Shown here piece after piece: positions 42,198 to 52,996 of a stretch of 64,000 nt of DNA. Numbering within the stretch: position 1 is the first letter of the stretch; each line of letters starts with the position of its first letter. Under the pieces are notes generated by a model that ran no database searches, was not told the origin of the DNA, and worked only from the letters and a program-made list of their open reading frames with translations. This stretch comes from an uncultured Eubacteriales bacterium (GTDB taxonomy: Bacteria; Bacillota; Clostridia; Christensenellales; Aristaeellaceae): NCBI GenBank assembly GCA_902781095.1, contig CACZHW010000010.1, positions 3,120-67,119 of the forward strand. Reading direction: 5' to 3'. The position numbers were made by a program, and so were the translations under genes.

Positions 42198-43559
42198 TTA
42201 CAGGATGTACCGTTTGAGGTCCATCTTCTTCGCGTCCTCGCCCAGATGCTCGGCCACGTACGCGCCGTTGATCAGCACCTCAACGTCCGGCATGTCGCCG
42301 GCCGCGTTGAAGGAGATGTCCTCCAGCACCTTCTCAAACAGCGTGTGCAGGCGCCGGGCGCCGATGTCTTCCTTGGTGGCGTTCTCCTCCTCCGCTGCCT
42401 CCGCCAGCGCGGTCAGCGCGGAATCGTCGAAGGTCAGGTGCACGTGGTCCACGCCCAGCAGCGCGGCATACTGGCGCGTCAGCGCGTTGTCCGTCTGGCT
42501 CAGGATGGCCTTGAAGTCCTCTTTCGTCAGCGGCTTCAGGCTGACCCGCACGGGGAAGCGGCCCTGCAGCTCCGGGATGAGGTCGCTGGGCTTGGATACG
42601 TGGAAAGCGCCCGCCGCGATGAAGAGGATGTAGTCCGTGTGGACCGGCCCGTACTTCGTGTTTACGGTCGTCCCCTCCACGATGGGCAGGATGTCGCGCT
42701 GCACGCCCTCGCGGCTGACGTCCGGTCCGCCCTGCGCGGAGCGGCCCGCGACCTTGTCGATTTCGTCGATGAAGACGATGCCATCCTGCTCCGCGCGGCG
42801 GACCGCCTCGTCCTTCACCTCGTCCATGTCGATGAGATTCTGGGACTCTTCCGCCTCGATCACCCGGCGTGCGTCGCGAATCTTCATGCGCCGCATGCGC
42901 GTCTTCTTGGGCATCATGTCGCCCATGATCGTGCCGATGGAGACGCTGGCCCCGTTGATCTCCACTTCCTGCGGCGCCTCTTCGACCTCCACCTGGATTT
43001 CCATGTCCTCCAGTTCCCCGCGGCGGAGCCGTTCGCGCAGCTCGTCCGCCCGGCCCGAGAGCCGGCGGCGCTCCTCCTCGGAAGGCGCGGGATCCTGCGG
43101 CCGCTGGTTGCCCAGCAGCATGTCGATGGGGTTCTGCGGCTTGCGGTTCGGGTGCAGGATGAGATCGATGATCTTCTCCTCCGCCAGCGCCTGCGCGCGC
43201 ACCTTCACCTTCTCCGCCGCCTGGTCCTTGCACATGCGGATGCTGGCCTCGACCAGGTCCCGCACGATGCTCTCCACGTCCCGCCCGACGTAGCCCACCT
43301 CCGTGAACTTCGTCGCCTCCACCTTGACAAACGGCGCGTCCACCAGCCGCGCCAGGCGGCGGGCGATCTCCGTCTTGCCCACGCCCGTGGGGCCCACCAT
43401 GAGGATGTTCTTGGGCACGATCTCCCGGCGCACTTCGTCGGGCAGCTGCGCGCGGCGGTAGCGGTTGCGCAGCGCAACGGCTACGGCACGCTTGGCCTCG
43501 TCCTGGCCGATGATGTAGCGGTCCAGTTCCCGCACGATCTGTTTGGGTGTCAGTTCCAT
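42198..43559 (-). CDS. hslU: ATP-dependent protease ATPase subunit HslU
   Basis: ORF trimmed to MELTPKQIVRELDRYIIGQDEAKRAVAVALRNR. Walker A GPTGVGKT. Confidence 0.92.
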   Translation of the reverse strand: MELTPKQIVRELDRYIIGQDEAKRAVAVALRNRYRRAQLPDEVRREIVPKNILMVGPTGVGKTEIARRLARLVDAPFVKVEATKFTEVGYVGRDVESIVRDLVEASIRMCKDQAAEKVKVRAQALAEEKIIDLILHPNRKPQNPIDMLLGNQRPQDPAPSEEERRRLSGRADELRERLRRGELEDMEIQVEVEEAPQEVEINGASVSIGTIMGDMMPKKTRMRRMKIRDARRVIEAEESQNLIDMDEVKDEAVRRAEQDGIVFIDEIDKVAGRSAQGGPDVSREGVQRDILPIVEGTTVNTKYGPVHTDYILFIAAGAFHVSKPSDLIPELQGRFPVRVSLKPLTKEDFKAILSQTDNALTRQYAALLGVDHVHLTFDDSALTALAEAAEEENATKEDIGARRLHTLFEKVLEDISFNAAGDMPDVEVLINGAYVAEHLGEDAKKMDLKRYIL

Positions 43560-43573
43560 GTCGCTTCCTCCCC

Positions 43574-44107
43574 TCAGGCGTCTTCCACGATGACGTTGTG
43601 GTTCGTATACACGCAGATGTCGGCGGCGATGTGCAGCGCCTTCTCCGCGATCTCGTGTGCGGAAAGCGCCGTGTTTTCCGACAGCGCGCGGGCCGCCGCC
43701 AGCGCGTAGTTTCCGCCGGAGCCGACGGCCGCAATGCCGTCGTCCGGCACGATGACCTCGCCCGTGCCGGAGATGATCATGAGCTCCTCGCCCGCGGCGA
43801 CGATCAGCATCGCCTCCAGCTTGCGCATCACCTTGTCCGCGCGCCACTCCTGCGCCAGTTCCACCGCCGCGCGCTCCAGGTTGCCGGAATACTGCTCCAG
43901 CTTGCCTTCGAAACGCTCGCACAGCGCGAATGCGTCCGCCACGCTGCCGGCGAAGCCCGTCACCACCCGGCCGCCGTAAATCCTGCGCACCTTGTGCGCG
44001 TTCGCCTTGAAAATCGTGTGCTCCCCCATCGTCACCTGGCCGTCGCCGGCGACGGCAATCTTTCCGTCCTTGCGCACAGCGCAGATCGTCGTACCCATCA
44101 AAGCCAT
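43574..44107 (-). CDS. hslV: ATP-dependent protease subunit HslV
   Basis: [26 protein letters not shown] after an AGGAGG RBS. Has the N-terminal Thr nucleophile context. Confidence 0.9.
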   Translation of the reverse strand: MALMGTTICAVRKDGKIAVAGDGQVTMGEHTIFKANAHKVRRIYGGRVVTGFAGSVADAFALCERFEGKLEQYSGNLERAAVELAQEWRADKVMRKLEAMLIVAAGEELMIISGTGEVIVPDDGIAAVGSGGNYALAAARALSENTALSAHEIAEKALHIAADICVYTNHNVIVEDA

Positions 44108-44135
44108 GATGCTGCCTCCTGTCACACCGTATTCG

Positions 44136-45452
44136 TCAGTCGAAGTCGCATGCGAGCGGGTTGCTGCGCAGCCCTTCGATCAGGTTGAGCGAACGCACGG
44201 CCATCTCGGCGTAACGCTCGTGCTTGTTTTTCACGCGCCTCTCCAGCGGTTTCATCAGCCCGAAATTGGCGTTCATGGGCTGAAAATCCCCCGTGGCGTT
44301 CGCCACGTGCCGCCCGAGGGCGCCGATCACCGTCTCGGCCCCGAAATCCACCGGCGGAAGGCCCTTCATCTCCCTGGCCAGGGAGATCCCCGCCACAAGG
44401 CCGCTGGCCGCGCTCTCCACGTAGCCCTCCACGCCGGTCATCTGTCCCGCGAAGTACACCGTGGGGCGGGCAATCATCCGGTACCGCTCATCGAGGAAGC
44501 CCGGGGAGTGCAGGAAGGTGTTGCGGTGCATGACGCCGTAGCGCAGAAACTCCGCGTTCTCCAGCCCGGGGATCATGGAGAAGACGCGCTTCTGTTCCCC
44601 CCACTTGAGGCGCGTCTGAAACCCGACGAGGTTGTACATCGTCCCGGCCTCGTTCTCCGCGCGCAGCTGCACCGCGGCAAAGGGCTCGCGGCCTGTCCGG
44701 GGATCGGTAAGGCCGACCGGCTTCATCGGCCCGAAGGCCATCACCATCTCCCCGCGCGAGGCCATCACCTCGATCGGCATGCAGCCCTCGAAGACCTGGC
44801 TGCCGTCAAACCCGTGCACTTCCGCCTTCTCGGCGCCGAGCAGCGCCTCATAGAAGGCCAGGTACTCCTCTTTGGACAGCGGGCAGTTGAGATAATCGTC
44901 CCCCCTGCCGTAACGGCTCTGGCGGAAGACCTTGCTCCTGTCCAGCGAATCCGCGGAGACGATGGGCGCCGCCGCGTCGAAGAAGCTGAGCGTCTCAAGC
45001 CCCGGCAGCGAGGCGATCTTCTCCGCCATCGCGTCGCTGGTCAGCGGCCCGGTCGCGATGACCGCTTTCTCCTCCGGGATCTCCGCCGCCTCGCGGCAAA
45101 CCACCTCGATCAGCGGGTTTTCCGCAATCCGGCGCGTCACCGCGTCCGAGAAGGCCACCCTGTCCACCGCCAGCGCCCCGCCGGCCGGCACGCGCGTCTC
45201 GTCCGCGCAGCGCAGGATAAGGCTGTCCAGCTGGCGCATCTCTTCCTTCAGCAGGCCTACGGCGTTTTGGAGCTGGTCGCTGCGCAGGCTGTTGGAGCAG
45301 ACCAGTTCAGCAAAGCCCGCGCTGTGATGCGCGGGCGTGAATCGCCGGGGTTTCATCTCTGTCAGGCGCACGGCAATGCCGCGGCGCGCCAGCTGCCAGG
45401 CCGCCTCGCACCCGGCAAGGCCCGCGCCGATTACCTCTGCGTGGCCGCTCAT
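44136..45452 (-). CDS. trmFO: methylenetetrahydrofolate--tRNA-(uracil54-C5)-methyltransferase TrmFO
   Basis: ORF trimmed to [25 protein letters not shown]. Its ATG overlaps the topA stop. Confidence 0.9.
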   Translation of the reverse strand: MSGHAEVIGAGLAGCEAAWQLARRGIAVRLTEMKPRRFTPAHHSAGFAELVCSNSLRSDQLQNAVGLLKEEMRQLDSLILRCADETRVPAGGALAVDRVAFSDAVTRRIAENPLIEVVCREAAEIPEEKAVIATGPLTSDAMAEKIASLPGLETLSFFDAAAPIVSADSLDRSKVFRQSRYGRGDDYLNCPLSKEEYLAFYEALLGAEKAEVHGFDGSQVFEGCMPIEVMASRGEMVMAFGPMKPVGLTDPRTGREPFAAVQLRAENEAGTMYNLVGFQTRLKWGEQKRVFSMIPGLENAEFLRYGVMHRNTFLHSPGFLDERYRMIARPTVYFAGQMTGVEGYVESAASGLVAGISLAREMKGLPPVDFGAETVIGALGRHVANATGDFQPMNANFGLMKPLERRVKNKHERYAEMAVRSLNLIEGLRSNPLACDFD

Positions 45453-47575
45453 GCTTCTCCCTCTTCTTCCGGCAGCTGCACGCGGAAACGGCACTGCTCG
45501 TTGGCGCACACGTGGAAGCGCCCCCTGCGCGTCTCGGAAAGCGTCATATAGCCGCCGCACTTGGGGCAGCGCTCCTCCACCGGCGGGTTCCACGCGACGA
45601 AGTCGCAATCCGGCCAGCGTTCGCAGCCGTAGAACTTTTTGCCCCTGTGGGAACGCTTCTCCAGCACCTTCGCGCCGCATTTGGGGCAGGGCACGGAGAT
45701 CTCCTGCTGGATGTTCTTCGTATTGCGGCAGGCCGGGAAGTTGGGGCAGGCCAGGAACTTGCCGTAGCGCCCCATCTTGTACACCATGCGTGCGCCGCAT
45801 TTGTCGCAGATGACGTCCGACTCCTCGTCGGGGATCTCTACCTTTTCGATCTTCGACTCCGCGACCTCCAGCGTCTTTTCAAACGGGCCGTAGAACTGCG
45901 CGATGACGTCGTGCCACTCCCGCTTGCCGGCCTCCACGTCGTCCAGCTCGGCTTCCATGCCGGCCGTAAAGGCGGTGTCCACGATGTCCGGGAAGTACTC
46001 CTTCATGAGGTCGGTGGTCATGATGCCCAGCTCCCCGGGCACCAGCTGCTTCTTCTCCCGCAGCACGTAGCCGCGGGCGAGGATGGTGGAGATGGTGGGC
46101 GCGTACGTGGACGGCCGGCCGATGCCCAGCTCTTCCATGGCGCGCACCAGCGTCGCCTCCGTATAGCGCGCGGGCGGCTGCGTGAAGTGCTGCGCCGCGT
46201 CGACTGCGCGGCAGTCGAGCGCCGTCCCTTCTTCGATGTCCTGCAGCTGGGTCATGGTCTCTTCCGGCTCCGCATCCTCGTCCCGCGCTGCTTCATAAAC
46301 CGCCGTAAAGCCCGCGAACTTCAGCCGCTCCGCCGAGGCGCGCAGCTGCACGCCGCCGTCGGAGGCGATGTCGATCTGCTGCGTCTCATACACGGCGTCC
46401 GCCATCTGGCAGGCGACGAACCGGTTGTAGATGAGCCGGTAGAGGCTGAACTGGTCCCGGGTCAGCGAGGCTTTCACCTCTTCCGGGCGCAGCTGCAGGT
46501 TGGTGGGGCGGATCGCTTCGTGCGCGTCCTGCGCGCCGCTGCGCCCCTTGTAGACCACCGGCTTCGCCGGCACGAACGCCTCGCCGTACGCATCGGCGAT
46601 CATCGCGCGCACGGCGTCCACCGCCTCGTCGCTGAGGCGGACACTGTCCGTACGGATGTACGATATGAGGCCCTGCGTGCCGTGCCCCTGCACGTCCACG
46701 CCTTCATACAGCTGCTGGGCCACCTGCATCGTCTTGGCGGTGGAAAAGCCCAGCTTGCGGCCCGCCTCCTGCTGCAGGTTGGAGGTCGTAAACGGCGGCG
46801 CGGGATGCCTGTGCCGCTCGCTGCGCTTGACGCTGCGCACCGTAAGCCCGCCGAGGAGCACGCGTTTCCTCGCCTCTTCCGCTTCCTCGGCGCAGGTCAG
46901 GCGCGGTTTTTCGCCGTCCAGCGCAGTGAGCTTCGCCGTCAGGCGGCTCTTGCCCCCCTCCAGCTGCGCCTCGACCGTCCAGTATTCCTCCGGGATAAAG
47001 GCCTCGATTTCCTGCTCCCTGTCCACGATCATGCGCGTCGCCACCGACTGCACGCGCCCGGCAGAGAGCCCCTTGCGGATTTTGGCCCAGAACAGCGGGC
47101 TGATCTTGTAGCCCACCAGCCTGTCCAGCACGCGGCGCGCCTGCTGCGCGTCCACGAGCTGCATGTTGACGCTGCGCGGCTTTTTGACGGAAGCCTTGAC
47201 CGTCTTCTCCGTGATCTCGTTGAATTCCACCCGGCAGGCGCTGTCTGGATCGATGCCCAGGATGCCCGCCAGATGCCAGGAAATGGCTTCTCCCTCGCGG
47301 TCCGGGTCAGTGGCGAGAATCACCTGCTTTGCGCCCTTGGCGTCCTTGCGGATGCGCTCCAGCACCTCGCCGCGGCCGCGGATGGTAATGTACTTTGGTT
47401 CGAAATTGCCCTGCGTGTCCACGCCCAGCTGGGAGCGCGGCAGATCGCGCACGTGGCCGTTGGATGCCTCCACCTTGTAGGTTTTGCCCAGGAATTTGCT
47501 GATCGTTCTCGCCTTGGCGGGCGACTCCACGATGACCAATTTATAAGAAGGTTTTTTTGCGGTAGCCAATGTCAT
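45449..47575 (-). CDS. topA: DNA topoisomerase I
   Basis: 708 aa. TOPRIM N-terminus [11 protein letters not shown], the active-site region YIRTDS, and C-terminal Zn-ribbon repeats. Confidence 0.95.
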   Translation of the reverse strand: MTLATAKKPSYKLVIVESPAKARTISKFLGKTYKVEASNGHVRDLPRSQLGVDTQGNFEPKYITIRGRGEVLERIRKDAKGAKQVILATDPDREGEAISWHLAGILGIDPDSACRVEFNEITEKTVKASVKKPRSVNMQLVDAQQARRVLDRLVGYKISPLFWAKIRKGLSAGRVQSVATRMIVDREQEIEAFIPEEYWTVEAQLEGGKSRLTAKLTALDGEKPRLTCAEEAEEARKRVLLGGLTVRSVKRSERHRHPAPPFTTSNLQQEAGRKLGFSTAKTMQVAQQLYEGVDVQGHGTQGLISYIRTDSVRLSDEAVDAVRAMIADAYGEAFVPAKPVVYKGRSGAQDAHEAIRPTNLQLRPEEVKASLTRDQFSLYRLIYNRFVACQMADAVYETQQIDIASDGGVQLRASAERLKFAGFTAVYEAARDEDAEPEETMTQLQDIEEGTALDCRAVDAAQHFTQPPARYTEATLVRAMEELGIGRPSTYAPTISTILARGYVLREKKQLVPGELGIMTTDLMKEYFPDIVDTAFTAGMEAELDDVEAGKREWHDVIAQFYGPFEKTLEVAESKIEKVEIPDEESDVICDKCGARMVYKMGRYGKFLACPNFPACRNTKNIQQEISVPCPKCGAKVLEKRSHRGKKFYGCERWPDCDFVAWNPPVEERCPKCGGYMTLSETRRGRFHVCANEQCRFRVQLPEEEGEA

Positions 47576-47638
47576 TCCTCCGTGCCGCTGCGGGCGGCGT
47601 TTAATCGGGAAACAGAATAGCAGTCCTTTTCCCGGCTG

Positions 47639-48823
47639 TCAAGCCTGAGAAGAGGAAATCCGTTCCCCGGGCCGGAACCGGTTGCCCGGCAGCGCCTCGA
47701 TCAGCCCGTCCAGCTCCATCTCGATCAGCAGCGCGCCCAGCTCGTCGTCCGGCAGGTTCGTCGCCCCGGTCAGCTCGTCAAAATCCGCGTTGCCCGCAAG
47801 CAAAGCCCGGCACACCGCCCGCTCCCGCTCTCCGATGTCCTCCGGAATGACCGGCTCCGCCCCGCCTGCCGGTGCGGCAGGCGGAAAGGCCGCGGCTTTT
47901 TCGTCATACGCATCTTTTTTCACGTTCTGCCGCGCTTTCTCCTTCTTTTCCATCCCCTGCAGGGGAAGCCTGAAGCGCAGTTCCTCCAGGATGTCTGCAG
48001 CGCTGGTCACCGGCTTTGCGCCCTCCGCGATCAGCTGGTTGGGGAGACAGGCGGTCGCCTCGTCGATGCTGCCCGGCAGGGCGAAGACCTCCCTGCCCTC
48101 CTCCAGCGCACAGCCGGCCGTCCGCAGGGCGCCGCTTCGCTGACGGCCCTCCGCGACAAAGACGCCCGCGCACATGCCGGCGATGATGCGGTTGCGGTGC
48201 AGAAAGCTGTAGCGGCTGGGCCGGGTTCCCGGCGGGTACTCCGTGATGACGCTTCCGCCCCCGCCAAGGATCCGCTCCAGCAGCGGCCTGTTCTCCCTGG
48301 GGTAAAACGCGTCCTGCGCCCCGCCCAGCACGGCGACCGTCCGGCCGCCCGCGTCCAGTGCGCCGCGGTGGCACGCGGCGTCGATGCCCAGCGCCAGCCC
48401 GGAGACGACACAGCAGCCCGCCTCGGCCAGTTCCCTGGCGATCCTGTGCGCGTGGCGAAGCCCGTAGGCGGAAGGCTCCCTCGTCCCCACGGCCGCGATG
48501 CAGGGAGCGTCGTCCAGCGCAGGCTGCCCGGCCGTAAAAAGGAGGTGGGGCGGGTTGTGGATTTCCCGCAGCAGCGGCGGGTAGGCAGGATCGTCCTGCA
48601 GCACCAGCGAGAGCTTCTCCGCCGCGATCTTCTCCAGGAGGGTGTCCGCTTCCCGCACGCCCTTTTTGAGCGACGCGGCCGCCTCCTCTCCCAGCAGCGC
48701 CCTCACCGCGTCCGGCTCGGCCAGCAAGGCTGCCGCGCTGCCGGCCGCGGAAAGCGCGCGGCTTCTGCGCCCGTAGGCCGGAACGGCCGCCGTCAGCACC
48801 GCCATGGCTTCCGCTTCCGTCAT
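47639..48823 (-). CDS. dprA: DNA-processing protein DprA
   Basis: 394 aa. SGLALGIDAACHRGAL and the Rossmann-like DprA core. Upstream of topA, as is typical in Firmicutes. Confidence 0.88.
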   Translation of the reverse strand: MTEAEAMAVLTAAVPAYGRRSRALSAAGSAAALLAEPDAVRALLGEEAAASLKKGVREADTLLEKIAAEKLSLVLQDDPAYPPLLREIHNPPHLLFTAGQPALDDAPCIAAVGTREPSAYGLRHAHRIARELAEAGCCVVSGLALGIDAACHRGALDAGGRTVAVLGGAQDAFYPRENRPLLERILGGGGSVITEYPPGTRPSRYSFLHRNRIIAGMCAGVFVAEGRQRSGALRTAGCALEEGREVFALPGSIDEATACLPNQLIAEGAKPVTSAADILEELRFRLPLQGMEKKEKARQNVKKDAYDEKAAAFPPAAPAGGAEPVIPEDIGERERAVCRALLAGNADFDELTGATNLPDDELGALLIEMELDGLIEALPGNRFRPGERISSSQA

Positions 48824-48863
48824 TTTTCTCCCCCGCTTTCCCCTTTGATGCCGCCCGCTACGC

Positions 48864-49889
48864 TCAGAACGTGCGCGGCCCGCGCGCCTCCGTCTTCTTC
48901 TCCCGCTGCATCAGCTGCGCCACCGCGTCCGCCGGGTCGGCGCCCCCGTTCACCACCGCGTCGACCGCCTGCACGATGGGCATTTCCACCCGGTAGCGCT
49001 CCGCCAGCGTCATGGCAGCCGGGAGCGCGTTGATGCCCTCCACCACCATGCCGATTTTCCGCACGGCCTCCGCGGGCTTTACGCCCTGCCCGATCAAAAA
49101 GCCCGCCCGGTTGTTGCGGCTGTGGCGGCTGGTCGCCGTCACGATCAAATCGCCCATGCCGGCCAGGCCCGCAAACGTCTCCGCCCTGCAGCCCATGCAC
49201 AGCCCCAGGCGCTCCATCTCCGCCAGCCCCCTCGTGATCAGCGCGGCCTTCGTGTTGTCGCCGTAGCCCAGGCCGGCGGAGATGCCGGCCGCCAGCGCGA
49301 TGATGTTCTTGAGCGCGCCGCAGAGCTCCACGCCGCGGATATCGGTGTTGGTGTACACGCGCATGCACGTGTTCATAAACACGTCCTGCACCAGTTCCGC
49401 CGCTTTCTCGTCCGCGCAGGCGGAGACGATGGTCGTCGGCAGGTCGATGGCCACCTCTTCCGCGTGCGTCGGCCCGGAGAGCGCCACGACCTTTACGTTT
49501 CCGTGCTTGCCGTCACGGTTCAGTTCGTCCGCGATGACCTCGCTGAGCGTCATCAGCGTATCCTTTTCGATGCCCTTGGCGACGTCCACTACGACCTGCC
49601 CATCCGGGACAAATGCCCGGGCCCTGGCCGCCGTCTGCCGCAGATAGACCGAAGGCACGGCGAAGAGCACGATCTCTTTCCCCGTGCACGCCCCGGCGAT
49701 GTCCTCCGTAAAGCGGACCTCCTCCGGGATGACGCAGCCGGGCAGATTGGGATGGGTATGCGTCGTCCGGAGCGCGCGGATTTCATCCGGGATCGCCGAC
49801 CAGCAGGTGACCTCGTGCCCCGATCTGGAGAGCATCCGCGCCAGCGCGGTGCCCCAGGTGCCGGTGCCCAGTATGCCGATAGAACTCAT
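48864..49889 (-). CDS. gpsA: NAD(P)H-dependent glycerol-3-phosphate dehydrogenase
   Basis: SIGILGTGTWGTALARML and the GpsA core motifs. Confidence 0.9.
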   Translation of the reverse strand: MSSIGILGTGTWGTALARMLSRSGHEVTCWSAIPDEIRALRTTHTHPNLPGCVIPEEVRFTEDIAGACTGKEIVLFAVPSVYLRQTAARARAFVPDGQVVVDVAKGIEKDTLMTLSEVIADELNRDGKHGNVKVVALSGPTHAEEVAIDLPTTIVSACADEKAAELVQDVFMNTCMRVYTNTDIRGVELCGALKNIIALAAGISAGLGYGDNTKAALITRGLAEMERLGLCMGCRAETFAGLAGMGDLIVTATSRHSRNNRAGFLIGQGVKPAEAVRKIGMVVEGINALPAAMTLAERYRVEMPIVQAVDAVVNGGADPADAVAQLMQREKKTEARGPRTF

Positions 49890-49912
49890 TTTTCTCTCTC
49901 CGTTCCCACATT

Positions 49913-49957
49913 CTCATGAAAGAAAACTGTCCGATGATTCATCTTACATCGGACAGT
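49913..49957 (-). terminator. Rho-independent terminator of the acyltransferase gene
   Basis: Perfect 11-bp stem ACTGTCCGATG-loop-CATCGGACAGT, followed on the minus strand by TTTTCTTTC. Confidence 0.65.
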
Positions 49958-50017
49958 GGAAGGTGTCAAATGGCAAACCGACAGAACACCCGGAACGGGG
50001 ACCTGCGGCTGCGGTTG

Positions 50018-51067
50018 TCAACCTGTATTCGTCAAAAGATACCCATTCTTTACCTTTTCACGCTTTGCGTTGTGCTTCGATCTCAAAACCGCTGTTTTGA
50101 CCGCCAGAAAGAGAACGAGAATGCCGGCATCCAGGCAGAGCCTCAGGGCACAGCGGATGATCGTGCTCTCCGGCCGGGACCAGAGGCTGCCGTACAGATA
50201 GTCCATCGCATGTACGGAAAAGAGGCCGAGCGAATGCCGCCCCAAATAGGACCACAGGCCTGAGAACCGCCGAAACCGTTCCATCGCCTTGCAGAAGCCA
50301 AACACGAACAGCGAACCCGACACCGCCGGAATCATGCAAAGCGGGAAAAACGGATACCTTCTGGCCGCCAGTTCCAGATAACCGCTATATCCTTTAGCTT
50401 TCAGATAAACCAATGAAAAAGAAATCGCCCATGCCGCAAAGCAGACCCCGGCAAGCCGAAGATCCAGCCTCTCTGGTTTCAGGCTGTGTCCCAGCCAGAT
50501 CAGCGGAAGCACCGTCAGCACTACGTCAAACGACAGCGGCAGCCACTGGGTCCTTCCAAAGTAAACGCCCAGGCAAGAGAGGAAAGCCAGGACCGCTATG
50601 CGCCGGGTTCTGTCTTGCACTGTACAGTACAGCACGCCGCTCAGTATCCTAGAAATAAACAGGACCACCAAAAACCACATCATGCCGAATTCGGGAATCA
50701 CCCCGCTGCCAGTTCTCACCCTGACGCCGCTGGCGTAAATCAGGGTCTGGAACCGCTCCCCTAAAAACCCAGCCAATCCGCCGGCTCCGTAACGTCCGGA
50801 TGCAAATTCAATGACCGTTCTAGCACAGAAGAGGTGTAGCGCCGGGACGATGAGCCTGCGGAATGATTTTCTGGCCTGCCCGGCGAGCATCCTGCCGCTG
50901 CCGGAAAAGCGCATCGTCGCGCCGGACGCCATGAAGAACAGCGGCATATGCACGGAGAAGATGATTGCCCTGACCAACTCCCTGTACCGGTCTCCTGCGC
51001 CGGTTACCGTATGGCCGATAATCACCAAAGCGATGGCTATGCCTTTTGCGCAATCCAGCCATTCCAT
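50018..51067 (-). CDS. acyltransferase family 3 (O-acyltransferase) membrane protein
   Basis: ORF trimmed to MEWLDCAKGIAIALVIIGHT...VHMPLFFMASG. Polytopic. G+C is modestly lower than in neighbouring genes. Confidence 0.75.
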   Translation of the reverse strand: MEWLDCAKGIAIALVIIGHTVTGAGDRYRELVRAIIFSVHMPLFFMASGATMRFSGSGRMLAGQARKSFRRLIVPALHLFCARTVIEFASGRYGAGGLAGFLGERFQTLIYASGVRVRTGSGVIPEFGMMWFLVVLFISRILSGVLYCTVQDRTRRIAVLAFLSCLGVYFGRTQWLPLSFDVVLTVLPLIWLGHSLKPERLDLRLAGVCFAAWAISFSLVYLKAKGYSGYLELAARRYPFFPLCMIPAVSGSLFVFGFCKAMERFRRFSGLWSYLGRHSLGLFSVHAMDYLYGSLWSRPESTIIRCALRLCLDAGILVLFLAVKTAVLRSKHNAKREKVKNGYLLTNTG

Positions 51068-51144
51068 CCTAGCCGGTTTCCCCTGTAGGGTCTGCACGCC
51101 CAATCTCCTCCATTTTAAGGCTTTAGGGTTTCCGCCCGTGGTTT

Positions 51145-52296
51145 TTACCTTCTCTGATACCGCCTGAGCACCTGAACCTGCCTCAGTATTGCCTCTGCCG
51201 CCCGGTCCATCTCCTCCTCCGTGTTGAAGCAACCCAGGCTCACGCGGATGGTCCCGTCCGCCCGGGACCTGGCCAGGCCCATGGACAGCAACGCGCCGCT
51301 GACCTTCTGCTTGTGCGAGGAACACGCGGAGCCGGTCGAGACGAGGATGCCCTCCCCCTCCAGCGCGTTGCGCAGCACCTCGCCGCGCACGCCGTCGAAG
51401 GACAAACTGAGGATGTGCGGCGCGGAGCGCTCCGCATCGGCGGGGTCCGGCCCGTTGGCAAACACGCCGTCCGCATCCTTCAGCTGCTGCCAGAGGCGCA
51501 GCTTAAGCGCCCTCAGCCGCTCTGCCGGCGGCTCGTCTGTCATCCTGCGGACCGCCTCGCCCAGCGCCAGGATCGCCGGGGCGTCGTAAGTGCCGGAGCG
51601 CATGCCGCCCTCCTGCCCGCCGCCCGTCATCTGGGGCACCAGACGGCGGCCGGGCTGCACCATCAGCGCGCCGATCCCCTTTGGGCCGTGGATCTTGTGG
51701 CCGCTGACGGCATAAAAATCCACGCCCAGGCGCTGCATGTTGAGCGGCACGCGCAAAAAACCCTGCACGCCGTCGACGTGCAGCCGCGCCTGCGGCGCGT
51801 TCTCCCGGCGGATTTCCGAAAGCTCGCCGATGGGCTGGATGGCGCCCGTCTCGTTGCTGACCTGCATGCAGCTGATCAGCGCGGTCTTTTCGTCGATGAG
51901 CGCGCGGGCGGCTACGGTGTCCACCCGCCCCTGCGCGTCCACGGGCAGCACGCGGACCTCGTGTCCCAGGCGCTCGACCCGCTTCACGGTTTCCGCCACG
52001 GCGGGGTGTTCGATCGCGCTGACGACGAAATTCATCGGTGCGTGCAGCGTCTCCGCCGTTCCCACGATGGTCAGGTTGTCCCCTTCCGTCCCGCAGGACG
52101 TAAACAGCACGCCGCTCTCCTGCGCCCCGGCCGCGGCTGCCAGCCGCCGGCGGCACGCGCGGATCTCCTTTTCCACCGAAAGCGCCGGCGCATAAGCAGC
52201 GGAAGCGTTGAACCAACGCTCCCGCATCGCATCTGCCATACAATCGACGACGCTGTCGAACGGCCGCGTCGTCGCGCTGTTGTCCAGATAGATCAT
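51145..52296 (-). CDS. cysteine desulfurase (class V aminotransferase, NifS/IscS-like)
   Basis: MIYLDNSATT, SGHKIHGPKGIG (PLP-Lys) and SACSS (active-site Cys loop). Confidence 0.88.
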   Translation of the reverse strand: MIYLDNSATTRPFDSVVDCMADAMRERWFNASAAYAPALSVEKEIRACRRRLAAAAGAQESGVLFTSCGTEGDNLTIVGTAETLHAPMNFVVSAIEHPAVAETVKRVERLGHEVRVLPVDAQGRVDTVAARALIDEKTALISCMQVSNETGAIQPIGELSEIRRENAPQARLHVDGVQGFLRVPLNMQRLGVDFYAVSGHKIHGPKGIGALMVQPGRRLVPQMTGGGQEGGMRSGTYDAPAILALGEAVRRMTDEPPAERLRALKLRLWQQLKDADGVFANGPDPADAERSAPHILSLSFDGVRGEVLRNALEGEGILVSTGSACSSHKQKVSGALLSMGLARSRADGTIRVSLGCFNTEEEMDRAAEAILRQVQVLRRYQRR

Positions 52297-52823
52297 CCCT
52301 GATATACCCCCGCCGGCACATACAGGCGGATGAGCTGCACCATTTCCTCGCTGGGCTCGATCACGATGATGTGCTTTTTCCCCTCTTTTTCATAATAGAA
52401 ATAGAAGAGGTTGCCGTCCCGGTTGAGGAACCAGTTTTTGCGATCCGCGTCCCTCATGCTGAGATAGCGCTTGAAGCTGGGGTGCGCCACATGCCCGCAG
52501 GCCGCGACGTTGGCGACCGTCATGCTGCCCAGTTCCTTCCGCCGGGCTCCGCGCAGCACCTTCGCAAAATCGAGCGTCCCGTTGGTAAAGGTGTACTCAT
52601 ACTCCGCCTTCATCTCGTCCTTGGCGAAGTAGAAGAAAACGGCCGCGGCAGCGCTCAGCACGAACAGCACGAGCGCGCCCACGCTGAACTGAAGCATGAG
52701 CACCTGCAGCATCAGCAGCGCGTACACGCCGAAGACGATGACCAGCGCCCATCCGGCAAAGTAGAAGACGCCCGAAAGCCCGGTGTTCCGCCTTCCCACG
52801 ATATCCTCTCTGAAGTGATCCAT
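52293..52823 (-). CDS. hypothetical membrane protein
   Basis: 176 aa with two TM helices followed by a soluble domain. 4-bp overlap with the cysteine desulfurase start. Confidence 0.55.
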   Translation of the reverse strand: MDHFREDIVGRRNTGLSGVFYFAGWALVIVFGVYALLMLQVLMLQFSVGALVLFVLSAAAAVFFYFAKDEMKAEYEYTFTNGTLDFAKVLRGARRKELGSMTVANVAACGHVAHPSFKRYLSMRDADRKNWFLNRDGNLFYFYYEKEGKKHIIVIEPSEEMVQLIRLYVPAGVYQG

Positions 52824-52996
52824 TTGTCCGACCTCCGTCTGCTTGGTGGGGTTATTCTAGCACAAAGCGACACTTTGCTCAAGGCCGGATCTGCACCGCA
52901 AAACCTTTCCCCGGCGCCTCCTCCGCTTTCAAAAGCAGGACTTTTGCCCGTCCGGGAAGAATGGTATAATGATGTCTGATCGGAGGTTTGATCGCC

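Noticed and set aside
45512-47620. 702-aa plus-strand ORF antisense to topA
   Set aside because: It is opposite an unmistakable topoisomerase I gene, and the translation is of low complexity.
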